Shown one piece after another: positions 21,677 to 29,309 of a stretch of DNA of 32,000 nt. Origin of the DNA: Candidatus Saccharibacteria bacterium oral taxon 488 (GTDB lineage: Bacteria > Patescibacteriota > Saccharimonadia > Saccharimonadales > Saccharimonadaceae); the NCBI GenBank assembly GCA_010202845.1, contig CP047921.1, forward strand, positions 270,001 through 302,000, given 5' to 3'. The notes beneath the pieces were generated by a model that did not search any database, had not been told where the DNA came from, and saw only the letters and a program-made list of their open reading frames with translations. How positions within the stretch are numbered: the stretch's first letter is position 1; every line of letters begins with the position of its first letter. A program made the position numbers and the translations under genes.

Positions 21677-23305
21677 TCACTTCTTGTCAAGAACAACCAA
21701 GTGCTCACTATGCGGCGTGCGCGGGAAAAAGTTGTAGCCGCGGTGATGGACGATGCGGTAGTGCTGCTGGAGCAAGGCGACATCGCGAGCTTGGGTGACG
21801 GGGTTGCAGCTGAGATAGAGGATGCGCGGCGGTAGCTGTTGCAACAATGTCGCAATAACGTCAGGATGTAAGCCAGCGCGCGGCGGATCAACGATGACGA
21901 TTTCCTTGCCTGTAATGTGGTCGAGGGCTTGTTCGCTGGGGGCGAGGACAGCGCGAGCGTCGGTGCGGTCAAGTTCGGTGATGTTGCGCTGCATTTCGCG
22001 GACAGCGTCGGTGTTGATTTCCACCAGCGTGACGTTGCCGCCGCCAATGGTCAGACCAATAGTGCCGACGCCAGCATAGAGGTCGAGGGCTGGCTCGCCC
22101 GTCTCGCAAACATCTTTTTCTTCAGGCCGGCGCGCCGCTAACTGATCTAGCTGGCGCTCTTGGCGCGCCTTTGCCGGAAAGGCAAAGCCTTCAGAAAAAG
22201 AGTTTGACGAGTCGTGCTGCTTGCTTTCTCTATGTTGCCCAGATTTTTTCTGAGATATTACTCGCTGTTGACTATCAATGTCGCCATGTGCCGCCAACTG
22301 AGCCCGGCGCTCTTGGCGCGCCTTATTGTACGGCATCCACTCCTTCATATCGCGCAGCGCCTGCTCGTAAACCGGGATGTTGACTTGGAAAAAGCCTTCG
22401 CAGGCGTAGCGGAATGGTATGCCAAGGATAGCGTCAGTCAAGGTGGTGTTACCGAAAAGCGCCAAGCGCTCGGTGATGCGGCTGGCTGGCGAGCGCGGGT
22501 CGGAATAGATAATTTCCCCGCCCTGAGCTGGTAGCTTGGCGGCTTCAGTAGCGGTAATTATTTCGGGCAAGCGATCTTTAACATACAACTGCCATACGCA
22601 ACTTCCCGATTGATCGCAGCGGACGAGCAAGGTCTTGAGCTGGCGAGCCGCGACGCGTTTATGGCGCAGCAAATTGCGGATCGCCCGCGCCAGGTTATTG
22701 ATTGCAGGGTGCGCCAAGCTCGTGCCATCGATGACAATCTTGCCTTTGCTGCCGCGGCGAAAAAATGCTAAATCAAGCGTATCGCCAGATGATTCTTCAC
22801 GGTCGCTATCCGCGTCTATATCTTGGTTATTATCAGAAAATAATTCGGGACCCGAGACAAGCCCAGATTTTTTCTGAGATACCGCTCGGGATACCACCGA
22901 TTCGCTGTACCAGCTAAATTCAACTTTGTTGCGATAACCATATGCGACATTGTCGCAATAAATGTCAATCGCCGCCGGTAATGTAACATTGTGCAGTGTA
23001 AAGGCGTCGTCGATCAGTTGCCTTTTGTATATCTGCTCTATCTCGAGCGGCATAATTTGCCAGGGGCTGGTCGACAGGTAACTATCTGGATCGCGCGGCT
23101 GGATGCGGTCGGGGCTTGGCAAAATTACCTCCTCGACAATCGCTTCGACGAAGTGCGATTTCTTTTTAGTAATGCGAACAGTGACCGTCTCGCTGGGCAG
23201 TCCGCCCCATACAAAACATTTGCGGCCGTCGGTCAGCGTCCCTAGTGCTTGCCCGCCGCCAACGACCTTCTCCAGTGTCAGCGTCTCAAAACTCTGTCGT
23301 TTCAT
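21677..23305 (-). CDS. RlmD/RumA/TrmA-family (uracil-5) RNA methyltransferase with an N-terminal TRAM domain and two internal insertions
   Basis: TRAM-like N-terminus (LTLEKVVGGGQALGTLTDGRKCFVWGGLPSETVTVRITKKK). Family motifs GYRNKVEFSW, GFFQVN, LDLYAGVGTIGL, IVDPPRAGL and YLSCNPVTQARD. The ATG at 23305 lies 8 nt downstream of TATAAT (23319-23314). Confidence 0.85.
   Translation of the reverse strand: MKRQSFETLTLEKVVGGGQALGTLTDGRKCFVWGGLPSETVTVRITKKKSHFVEAIVEEVILPSPDRIQPRDPDSYLSTSPWQIMPLEIEQIYKRQLIDDAFTLHNVTLPAAIDIYCDNVAYGYRNKVEFSWYSESVVSRAVSQKKSGLVSGPELFSDNNQDIDADSDREESSGDTLDLAFFRRGSKGKIVIDGTSLAHPAINNLARAIRNLLRHKRVAARQLKTLLVRCDQSGSCVWQLYVKDRLPEIITATEAAKLPAQGGEIIYSDPRSPASRITERLALFGNTTLTDAILGIPFRYACEGFFQVNIPVYEQALRDMKEWMPYNKARQERRAQLAAHGDIDSQQRVISQKKSGQHRESKQHDSSNSFSEGFAFPAKARQERQLDQLAARRPEEKDVCETGEPALDLYAGVGTIGLTIGGGNVTLVEINTDAVREMQRNITELDRTDARAVLAPSEQALDHITGKEIVIVDPPRAGLHPDVIATLLQQLPPRILYLSCNPVTQARDVALLQQHYRIVHHRGYNFFPRTPHSEHLVVLDKK
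21838..21856. repeat. Intragenic copy of the 19-bp palindrome
   Basis: gTTGCaACAATGTCGCAAT, inside the methyltransferase CDS (encodes DVIATLLQQ). Confidence 0.6.
22153..22324. repeat. 153-bp in-frame unit bounded by perfect 19-nt direct repeats inside the methyltransferase CDS
   Basis: GGCGCTCTTGGCGCGCCTT occurs at 22153-22171 and 22306-22324, spaced 153 nt (51 codons) apart. At the protein level this gives the duplicated KARQER. Confidence 0.8.
22191..22257 (+). repeat. Copy B (variant) of the palindromic repeat
   Basis: Terminal inverted repeat TCAGAAAAA (22191-22199) / TTTTTCTGA (22245-22253). The 21-mer gcccagattttttctgagata (22237-22257) is identical to 22861-22881. Confidence 0.75.
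22833..22888 (+). repeat. Copy A of the 55-nt palindromic repeat, in frame inside the methyltransferase CDS
   Basis: tcagaaaataattcgggacccgagacaagcccagattttttctgagataccgctcg. It has the inverted repeat TCAGAAAA / TTTTCTGA and an inner CGGGaCCCG palindrome. It matches the reverse complement of 9136-9190 at 48 of 55 positions. Confidence 0.85.
22941..22959. repeat. Intragenic copy of the 19-bp palindrome
   Basis: taTGCGACATTGTCGCAAT, with a perfect 15-bp palindromic core TGCGACATTGTCGCA. It encodes IYCDNVAY, immediately before the conserved GYRNK motif. Confidence 0.65.
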
Positions 23306-23324
23306 CAAGAGTTATTATAACAGA

Positions 23325-23798
23325 TTAGAAATTACACTCTGGCACGCCGCCAAACCAGCCGTTCTGCATATTGCGGCCAGTGCGGCAGGTGGTGCCATCT
23401 GAGAGCAGCACCTTTATGGCGTAGCGGGTCGGTACGACGCTGGAAGCGTGGGTCGTGTCAGTGGCTGCGAGATACCAATAATCGCGGCCTTCGTGGTCTT
23501 TCGGCAGCTGCTTGATGTAGCGTGGAATGAGAAGTGCGCCGAGCTCACCACCATTACAAATCTTCATATTAGCGGTGTTATAAATGGTGCAGGCGCTCGT
23601 CGGCCATGGATATTCGCCGTTGTCCGAACGATATTTCTCGATCGCCTCTTTGAGCATTGAAATATTTGACTTGGTTTCGTTGTCGCGAGCGGTGTTGTAG
23701 GCATTGCGCCAGACGAGGCCGCCCAAGGTAGCGAGGATCGCGATAACCACGATAATGATGATAACCTCAACGATAGTAAAGCCATACTGCTTATGCAT
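23325..23798 (-). CDS. Type IV pilin-like protein (prepilin with an N-terminal methylation motif)
   Basis: MHKQYG/FTIVEVIIIIVVIAILATL is a class III signal peptide (G-F-T-x-x-E). Start set at 23798, 6 nt downstream of TACAAT. The longer ORF-track version (to 23963) would run antisense through tRNA-Gln. Confidence 0.8.
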   Translation of the reverse strand: MHKQYGFTIVEVIIIIVVIAILATLGGLVWRNAYNTARDNETKSNISMLKEAIEKYRSDNGEYPWPTSACTIYNTANMKICNGGELGALLIPRYIKQLPKDHEGRDYWYLAATDTTHASSVVPTRYAIKVLLSDGTTCRTGRNMQNGWFGGVPECNF

Positions 23799-23877
23799 AT
23801 GACGATTGTAGCGCGTTTTGAGCCCGATCGCAAGGCTGGTAATTGCGTAATTGTTATGATACACTAATCCTTGGTAT

Positions 23878-23952
23878 TGGGCCGTCGCCAAGTGGTAAGG
23901 CACCAGGTTTTGGTCCTGGCATTCGGGGGTTCGAATCCCTCCGGCCCAGCCA
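23878..23952 (+). tRNA. tRNA-Gln (anticodon UUG), CCA encoded
   Basis: Hand-folded cloverleaf. Acceptor stem UGGGCCG/CGGCCCA (U1-A72, as in bacterial tRNA-Gln). D arm GCCAAGUGGUAAGGC. Anticodon stem CCAGG/CCUGG with loop UUUUGGU. T arm GGGGGUUCGAAUCCCUC. Discriminator G followed by CCA. Confidence 0.9.
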
Positions 23953-24040
23953 AGCAAAGACACGTAATTATTCTAAATCTCCTCCGGCTTCCGGTTCAAT
24001 CGACGCCGTGCATTATTACGCCGGCTACCACGGGTCGTTC

Positions 24041-24442
24041 CTATATATAAAACTGATCTATATTGGCCGACAGTGTCGAGTCAAGCTCAACCTGCCCCAG
24101 CTCATCGGCCCCAATATACCGCAGCTCGCTGACATCTGTCGTGGTTGTGGGTGGTGACACGGGGCGAACTTGATAGGCGATGATAAGCACCGGGGTGTTG
24201 AACTTTTTGCTCCATGTCGGGATGATGATTGGCGCTGCGCTTGCAATTTCTATCTCAGCGCCCAGCTCTTCTCGGCACTCACGCCGCAAGGCCTCGGCTA
24301 TGCCCTCGCCGTGTTCCAGCCCGCCGCCGGGTAAATCCCATGTATCGCTCCTCTCGCGGACGAATAGTAACTTTCCGTCCTCATAGATCAGTCCCTTGAC
24401 TGACACGCGATAGGCGGCTCGGATATGTTTGAGCTCAGGCAT
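24041..24442 (-). CDS. Nudix hydrolase
   Basis: Nudix box GGGLEHGEGIAEALRRECREELG. The ATG at 24442 lies 6 nt after AGGAGGA and overlaps the upstream ATPase stop by 8 nt (ATGCCTGA). Confidence 0.85.
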   Translation of the reverse strand: MPELKHIRAAYRVSVKGLIYEDGKLLFVRERSDTWDLPGGGLEHGEGIAEALRRECREELGAEIEIASAAPIIIPTWSKKFNTPVLIIAYQVRPVSPPTTTTDVSELRYIGADELGQVELDSTLSANIDQFYI

Positions 24443-26945
24443 GGTCATTCCTCCTGCTTCGCCATTTGTGTATCTCGCAGGTGGTGATCGGGATAATGAA
24501 TGAGGCGAGGCCGATGAGTGCGCCGTGCCAGAAGTTGATCGGCGTGATGTGGAGGATTGTGCCAAGCGGGCCGAAGAAGACGAGTAGCTGTAACATGACC
24601 GACAGGCCGATGCCAGCGTAAAAACTGGCGTTCATAACCTTGAGGCGAGTGAAGATTGACTCACTGTCAGAGCGGGCGTTAAAGGCGTTGGCCCACTGGC
24701 TGACCACCAGCGAGATAAAGGCCAGTGTTTGCGCGTAGTCGTGGCCATAATGCTTCTCGAAAAAGATATAGACCGCCAGCGCCATGACTGACATGGTGGC
24801 GGCGACGATGACCATCCGCCAGATCATTTGACGGCTGAGAATCGGTGCGTCGGGGCGTTCCGGCGGACGGTTCATGGCCTGCTTTTCGCCTGGCTCCAGG
24901 CCAAGCGGAATGACCATCGAGGTATCGGTCACCAGATTGACCCAGAGGATTTGCACTGGCTCCAGCGGCGTCTTGATGCCGATGAGCAGCGCGCCGAGCA
25001 TGGTGATCAGCTCGCCGGTGTTAGTCGACAGTAGATAAAACAGCATGCGGCGAATGTTGGCGATGATGGTGCGGCCCTCGCGCATGGCGTCGATGATGGT
25101 CTTGAAATTATCGTTGAGCAGGATAATATCGCCAGCGTCTTTGGCGATGTGCGAGCCCGACCCCATGGCCACGCCGACATGGGCGTTGGTCAGTGCCGGT
25201 ACGTCGTTGACGCCGTCGCCGGTCATGGCGGTGATGTGGTGCTTTTTGAGAATGGTCAGTAGGCGGTATTTTTGCTCGGGGATGACGCGAGAGAAGACCT
25301 TGGTTTTGGTGACGATGGCGTCCAGCTGATCATCGGACAGCTTGGTCATATCACGGCAGTCAAACACCTCATCGCGGCTCTCGACCATGCCAAGCTCTCG
25401 GCCAATCTGATAGGCCGTCTCGAAGTGATCGCCAGTGATCATCCGTACCGACACGCCCGCTTTCAGAGCAGCGCGGATGGCCCGCGGCGCCTCTGGTCGC
25501 AGCACGTCAGCCACGGCCACGAAGCCAGCAAGTGTCAGGCGCTGCTTGCCCAGTTGATCAAAGCTATCAATTGCCTCGTCCAGTTCGCCCGTCGCCAGCC
25601 CAATTACTCGGTAGCCGCGGGCGGTCATCTCATCAAGCATTTGCTGGGCGCGCTTTTTGGTGCGGGCCGACACGCGACAGGCCGCCAGGATGGCTTCGGG
25701 CGCACCCTTGACGTACAAGCGGAACTGCCGGCCGTGATGCCAGATGGCGGCGGACATGGCGTGGGCTTGACTGAATGGCAGGTCGCGAACTGGTGCGTGG
25801 CGCGGGCTGGCGCTCTGCTTGCGGGCGTATTCATTGAGGGCGATATCCAGCGGATCGTGGCTCTTGGCGTGAGCGCGGTTGACCACCAGCCCGATGATGC
25901 GGTCGATGTTCTCTGTCGCCTCGTCCGGCGTCCAAGTTTGCTGAACGGTCAGCTTGTTCTTGGTCAGCGTGCCCGTCTTGTCGGTGGCGATGGTGGTGAT
26001 GACGCCGATGGTCTCGATGGCGCGCATCTGATGTACTAGCGCCTTTTTAGCGGCCATCCGCCGCATTCCTAAGACTAACACCACGGAAATCGCAATCGGC
26101 AAGCTCTCCGGCACGGCACTTACCGCTAGGGCCATGACGAAGCGCAGGCTCTCCAGCACATCAATGCCGCGCAGCAAACTCAGCCCAAAGGCAACGAGGG
26201 CGATGGCCGAGACGGCGGCGATGACTTTGGTGATGAGGGTGTCGATTTTTCGCTGGACTGGGCTTTGGGTTGATTCACGCTTGGAGAGCATGGCGAGATT
26301 GCCGAACTCGGTCTGATTGCCTGTGGCGACGACCACGCCGGTGCCGGTGCCGCTGACGACGAATGAGCCTTGAAACAGCATGTTGGTTTGCTCGTACATT
26401 TCTTTGGTGCCGGTGAGGGCGTCGGTTTGTTTGGAGATTGGCAGTGATTCGCCGGTCAGTTGCGCCTCGTCCACCCGCAAGTTGGCGCTACGAATGAGGC
26501 GGATGTCGGCGGGAACTTTCTCGCCCTCAGCCAGCGAGACGACGTCGCCCGGAACTAGCTGGCTGGCGTCGATGCGCGTGGTACGATTGACTCGGTGGAC
26601 GTCGACTTTTTGGGCGTCGTGACGGGACAGGCTGCGTAGCACACGGTCAGTTGAGAAGCGCTGAATGTAGAAAATAACGGCCGAGATGGCGGCGATGACA
26701 AAGATGATGATGGCGTCAATGGCCTCGCCGTGCCAGAGGCTGATGATGGCGGCGATGAGCAGGACGAGCATAAAAATGTCGAGGAATGGCTCGAGAATGA
26801 TGCGCCAGAGCGGTTCGGATTGGATTTTGATGATGTTGAGGCCATAGCGTTTTTGGCGGCGCTGGACTTCGGCCGCGCTCAGGCCGCCATCCGAGGAACT
26901 AAGTCGCCGCAGCGCCTCGTCGCTTGATGATTGATAAAAATGCAT
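24435..26945 (-). CDS. Cation-transporting P-type ATPase (P2-type, Ca2+/Mg2+-like)
   Basis: Motifs TGES, DKTGTLT, MITGDH and TGDGVNDVPAL, with about 10 TM segments. Start moved to the ATG at 26945 (MHFYQSSSDEALRRL), 6 nt downstream of TATAAT (26957-26952). Confidence 0.9.
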   Translation of the reverse strand: MHFYQSSSDEALRRLSSSDGGLSAAEVQRRQKRYGLNIIKIQSEPLWRIILEPFLDIFMLVLLIAAIISLWHGEAIDAIIIFVIAAISAVIFYIQRFSTDRVLRSLSRHDAQKVDVHRVNRTTRIDASQLVPGDVVSLAEGEKVPADIRLIRSANLRVDEAQLTGESLPISKQTDALTGTKEMYEQTNMLFQGSFVVSGTGTGVVVATGNQTEFGNLAMLSKRESTQSPVQRKIDTLITKVIAAVSAIALVAFGLSLLRGIDVLESLRFVMALAVSAVPESLPIAISVVLVLGMRRMAAKKALVHQMRAIETIGVITTIATDKTGTLTKNKLTVQQTWTPDEATENIDRIIGLVVNRAHAKSHDPLDIALNEYARKQSASPRHAPVRDLPFSQAHAMSAAIWHHGRQFRLYVKGAPEAILAACRVSARTKKRAQQMLDEMTARGYRVIGLATGELDEAIDSFDQLGKQRLTLAGFVAVADVLRPEAPRAIRAALKAGVSVRMITGDHFETAYQIGRELGMVESRDEVFDCRDMTKLSDDQLDAIVTKTKVFSRVIPEQKYRLLTILKKHHITAMTGDGVNDVPALTNAHVGVAMGSGSHIAKDAGDIILLNDNFKTIIDAMREGRTIIANIRRMLFYLLSTNTGELITMLGALLIGIKTPLEPVQILWVNLVTDTSMVIPLGLEPGEKQAMNRPPERPDAPILSRQMIWRMVIVAATMSVMALAVYIFFEKHYGHDYAQTLAFISLVVSQWANAFNARSDSESIFTRLKVMNASFYAGIGLSVMLQLLVFFGPLGTILHITPINFWHGALIGLASFIIPITTCEIHKWRSRRNDHA

Positions 26946-27077
26946 AAGGTTATTATAGCGTGAAGTGCTGTTTGGGGGAAATGGTAGCAAGCGGCTTGGG
27001 GTATAGCTTGAAATGGTGGGTAATCATCGTACCTAGTTATAGCTGAGGTCGCTATTCTGCAACAGTTAACTACAGGC

Positions 27078-27112
27078 AAAAAGGTGCGCCTCCGGCTTCT
27101 GCCTCGCGCACC
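27078..27112 (-). terminator. Intrinsic terminator; probably the original terminator of the ABC-transporter operon
   Basis: The minus strand reads GGTGCGC, a 16-nt loop, GCGCACC, then TTTTT. It lies about 95 nt downstream of the remnant stop codon at 27208. Confidence 0.65.
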
Positions 27113-27207
27113 TCTTGCTTGAGATGGGGGTTTTATGATTCTATCATCGTCGGTCGACCCGGTCGCTCCACGTACCGTAAGTGACGTGGGCTGCACCAGG
27201 CCTGACG

Positions 27208-27285
27208 CTATGCCCGTAGCTTCTTATCCTTCAGCTTCAACACCACATCGGCCTGCTTAGCCAGCTGTTTGCTGTGGGTGACGAC
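27208..27285 (-). pseudogene. Orphan duplicate of the last 25 codons plus stop of the ABC-transporter ATPase gene
   Basis: It encodes VVTHSKQLAKQADVVLKLKDKKLRA*, versus VVTHSKQLAKQADVVLKLKDKKLKA* at 29310-29387. The upstream 62 nt (27224-27285 vs 29326-29387) differ at 3 positions, all synonymous. There is no upstream coding continuation. Confidence 0.75.
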
Positions 27286-27302
27286 TCTATTACTTATAAT
27301 TA

Positions 27303-29204
27303 TCAATGCGTTGAATCTCCATCTTTATCTGCGATTAAATCTATGATTTTACGAATCTCCCTTGCTCTGTCGTCATCGCTGTTTAGAAAATGATCCATCT
27401 CATTTTCACAAAAATCAATTACATGATCAATTCTTTTTTCCTTTCCAGTATACTGTTCGATGGCTCCTTTCTTTAGATAAAACTCATAAGATGGATATTT
27501 CGATTCTATTTTCTCATCTAGGTCAGGGTGCTCGTTTCTATATGCAATTATCTGCTCGTCTGTTTTTACTGGCGGTAGGCTCTTCTTTTGACTTCTGTAA
27601 AAGCCTCTATAGAAATCCGTTTTTGTAGTATCTAAATCCTTAATAAAATAGACTTTTAGTCCAAAAGATTCAAAAAATGATTTAAATGAGAACATGCTCC
27701 TCTCGCCATTCACACCGTATACAGTAATACATTGACTGGCTTCTTGATGCAGTATCTTTATAGCAGCCCTAAAGAAATACTCATCATCTTGACCTTCAAC
27801 CAGCAATACTCTATCTAGAAATAGCACTCGAGCTGCCCAAGTATTGTTTAGGATTTCTATCAACTTTTTTTGATCTTCCCTAATATCGGGAGTACGCACC
27901 ACGGAATTACGCTCTTCATTTAGCGAGAATCGTTTTATGTATCTTATCGTGTTATCGTTTATGAAACCTTCGGAATGCGTTACAAGAATGCACTGAATTT
28001 CTTGTTCTTTTGCTAAATCTTCAAGAATTTTTAGATATTTAGATTGGAACTGATAGTGTAAATGAATCTCTGGCTCGTCAATAATAATAAGACCACCTTT
28101 TACGTCATCTCGACCATACGCTTCAAAGATTAAGTGTATAATCGATTTTTGTCCAGCGCTAAGACTGTTTATGTCACCCAGCTCTCGGTCATTTTTTATA
28201 TCACGGAATTTAAACTCGTACGACCATCTTCGTATACTTACTGGTTTTACAGATAGCTGTAAATTTAATATTCTAAGCTTTTCGTTTATCTTTTTGATTA
28301 TTGGAGAATTATTGATTGTAGCTGTGGCATCATTAATATTTTTACCCTCTTTTACTCGCTTAAAGTGATCTTCACCGAGCTTTAATTTTATGAAATCAAA
28401 GATAGCAGGCATGCCTGAGGAGTGCTCGTTAATACTATGGGGGATTAGCCTATTTTTTACATTCTGAAATACATCACCCGAAGGACCATCGCCATTATAT
28501 AAGTGTATCTGAGAGTTATCATTGCCGTAGTCACGGAAAGCTGATAGCATAGAAAAAGTATTTTCAAGAGGTGCTATGTGGTCGGTGTTATCTTCATTGT
28601 ATACTGTTATAGCCTCATTAATTGCGTGGTAATATTCTAAATAGAATTTTATATAATCCGGCACTGGATCACGATAGTGGCTCTTATACGTATTATCTTC
28701 GTCGTATTTGGCTTGTTTAAATGTAATATCTATTTCTATATCCATATCACTATCTAGCGCACAAAACTCAGGCATTGGTATAATTGAGTAATTTTCAAGA
28801 GTCTTTTTTATGTGGCTATAGTTATCTACAATATGATCTATATTAGCCCTATCAATATTATCAAGCTTAATTGATACTCTTACTCTCTGCTGTGCTTCTT
28901 CTGAACTCCAATTAGGTTGGAGCCTAAGACCTAATGTTCTATTGGAGTAATTATCATCAATTTGAAGCATGTTCTTTCTATCTGTATAATATGAGCGATG
29001 ACTGCTGTAGCTATTTGTTATGCGCTTAAATAAAGCTCTCGTAAAGACAAGATTCATAGCCTCTAAAACCGTTGACTTGCCAGATCCGTTTTCTCCAATA
29101 ATGATATTAAGATCTGGGTCAAATTCAATCTTAAAGGCGTTGTTTATGTCCTCCTCATATTTAAAGCTAAGGATATTTGATAATTGCAAATAATTAACTC
29201 TCAT
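27303..29204 (-). CDS. Fused ABC/SMC-like ATPase + Toprim nuclease-like protein (OLD family / fused PARIS AriA-AriB-like)
   Basis: N-terminal LQLSNILSFKY...IIIGENGSGKSTVLEAM (Walker A). LSAGQKS signature, LIIIDEPEIHLH (Walker B/D-loop) and ILVTHS (H-loop). The C-terminal VLLVEGQDDEYFF and FIKDLD fit the Toprim Glu and DxD motifs. TATAAT lies 10 nt upstream of the ATG. Confidence 0.75.
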   Translation of the reverse strand: MRVNYLQLSNILSFKYEEDINNAFKIEFDPDLNIIIGENGSGKSTVLEAMNLVFTRALFKRITNSYSSHRSYYTDRKNMLQIDDNYSNRTLGLRLQPNWSSEEAQQRVRVSIKLDNIDRANIDHIVDNYSHIKKTLENYSIIPMPEFCALDSDMDIEIDITFKQAKYDEDNTYKSHYRDPVPDYIKFYLEYYHAINEAITVYNEDNTDHIAPLENTFSMLSAFRDYGNDNSQIHLYNGDGPSGDVFQNVKNRLIPHSINEHSSGMPAIFDFIKLKLGEDHFKRVKEGKNINDATATINNSPIIKKINEKLRILNLQLSVKPVSIRRWSYEFKFRDIKNDRELGDINSLSAGQKSIIHLIFEAYGRDDVKGGLIIIDEPEIHLHYQFQSKYLKILEDLAKEQEIQCILVTHSEGFINDNTIRYIKRFSLNEERNSVVRTPDIREDQKKLIEILNNTWAARVLFLDRVLLVEGQDDEYFFRAAIKILHQEASQCITVYGVNGERSMFSFKSFFESFGLKVYFIKDLDTTKTDFYRGFYRSQKKSLPPVKTDEQIIAYRNEHPDLDEKIESKYPSYEFYLKKGAIEQYTGKEKRIDHVIDFCENEMDHFLNSDDDRAREIRKIIDLIADKDGDSTH

Positions 29205-29252
29205 GATGCTAATTATTATACACTTATCAGCTTTATTTATGGGTTTGGAACT

Positions 29253-29280
29253 ATAAAAATATAGCTCTTTCGAGCTATAT
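29253..29280 (-). terminator. Intrinsic terminator carried by the cassette, directly after the current ABC ATPase stop
   Basis: The minus strand reads ATATAGCTC-GAAA-GAGCTATAT (perfect 9-bp stem, GAAA tetraloop) followed by TTTTT. Confidence 0.7.
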
Positions 29281-29309
29281 TTAAAACGTGTATTTTTTGG
29301 AGACTATTT

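Larger units (their letters stand above)
27286..29309. mobile_element. AT-rich inserted cassette (one gene with its own promoter, plus a terminator for the interrupted operon) bracketed by the 78-nt duplication
   Basis: Hand counts on sampled 60-nt lines give about 27-33 percent G+C inside, versus about 55 percent in the flanking ABC gene. It is bounded by direct repeats at 27208-27285 and 29310-29387. No integrase or transposase lies inside. Confidence 0.6.

Noticed and set aside
23799-23963. N-terminal extension of the pilin ORF (the 212-aa ORF-track version).
   Set aside because: The extension is the antisense strand of tRNA-Gln (23878-23952). The prepilin signal peptide begins at the ATG at 23798, which has a TACAAT box 6 nt upstream.
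24435-24442. Overlaps between adjacent genes (ATPase/Nudix by 8 nt; 15697-15707 by 11 nt) considered as possible programmed frameshift sites.
   Set aside because: Each downstream gene has its own ATG (the Nudix gene also an SD, AGGAGGA), and both products are complete families on their own. This is ordinary translational coupling.
25272-26039. 255-aa plus-strand ORF.
   Set aside because: It lies entirely antisense to the well-supported P-type ATPase gene. Its composition (Gly/Ala/Arg/Leu-rich) is typical of a shadow frame in GC-rich coding DNA.
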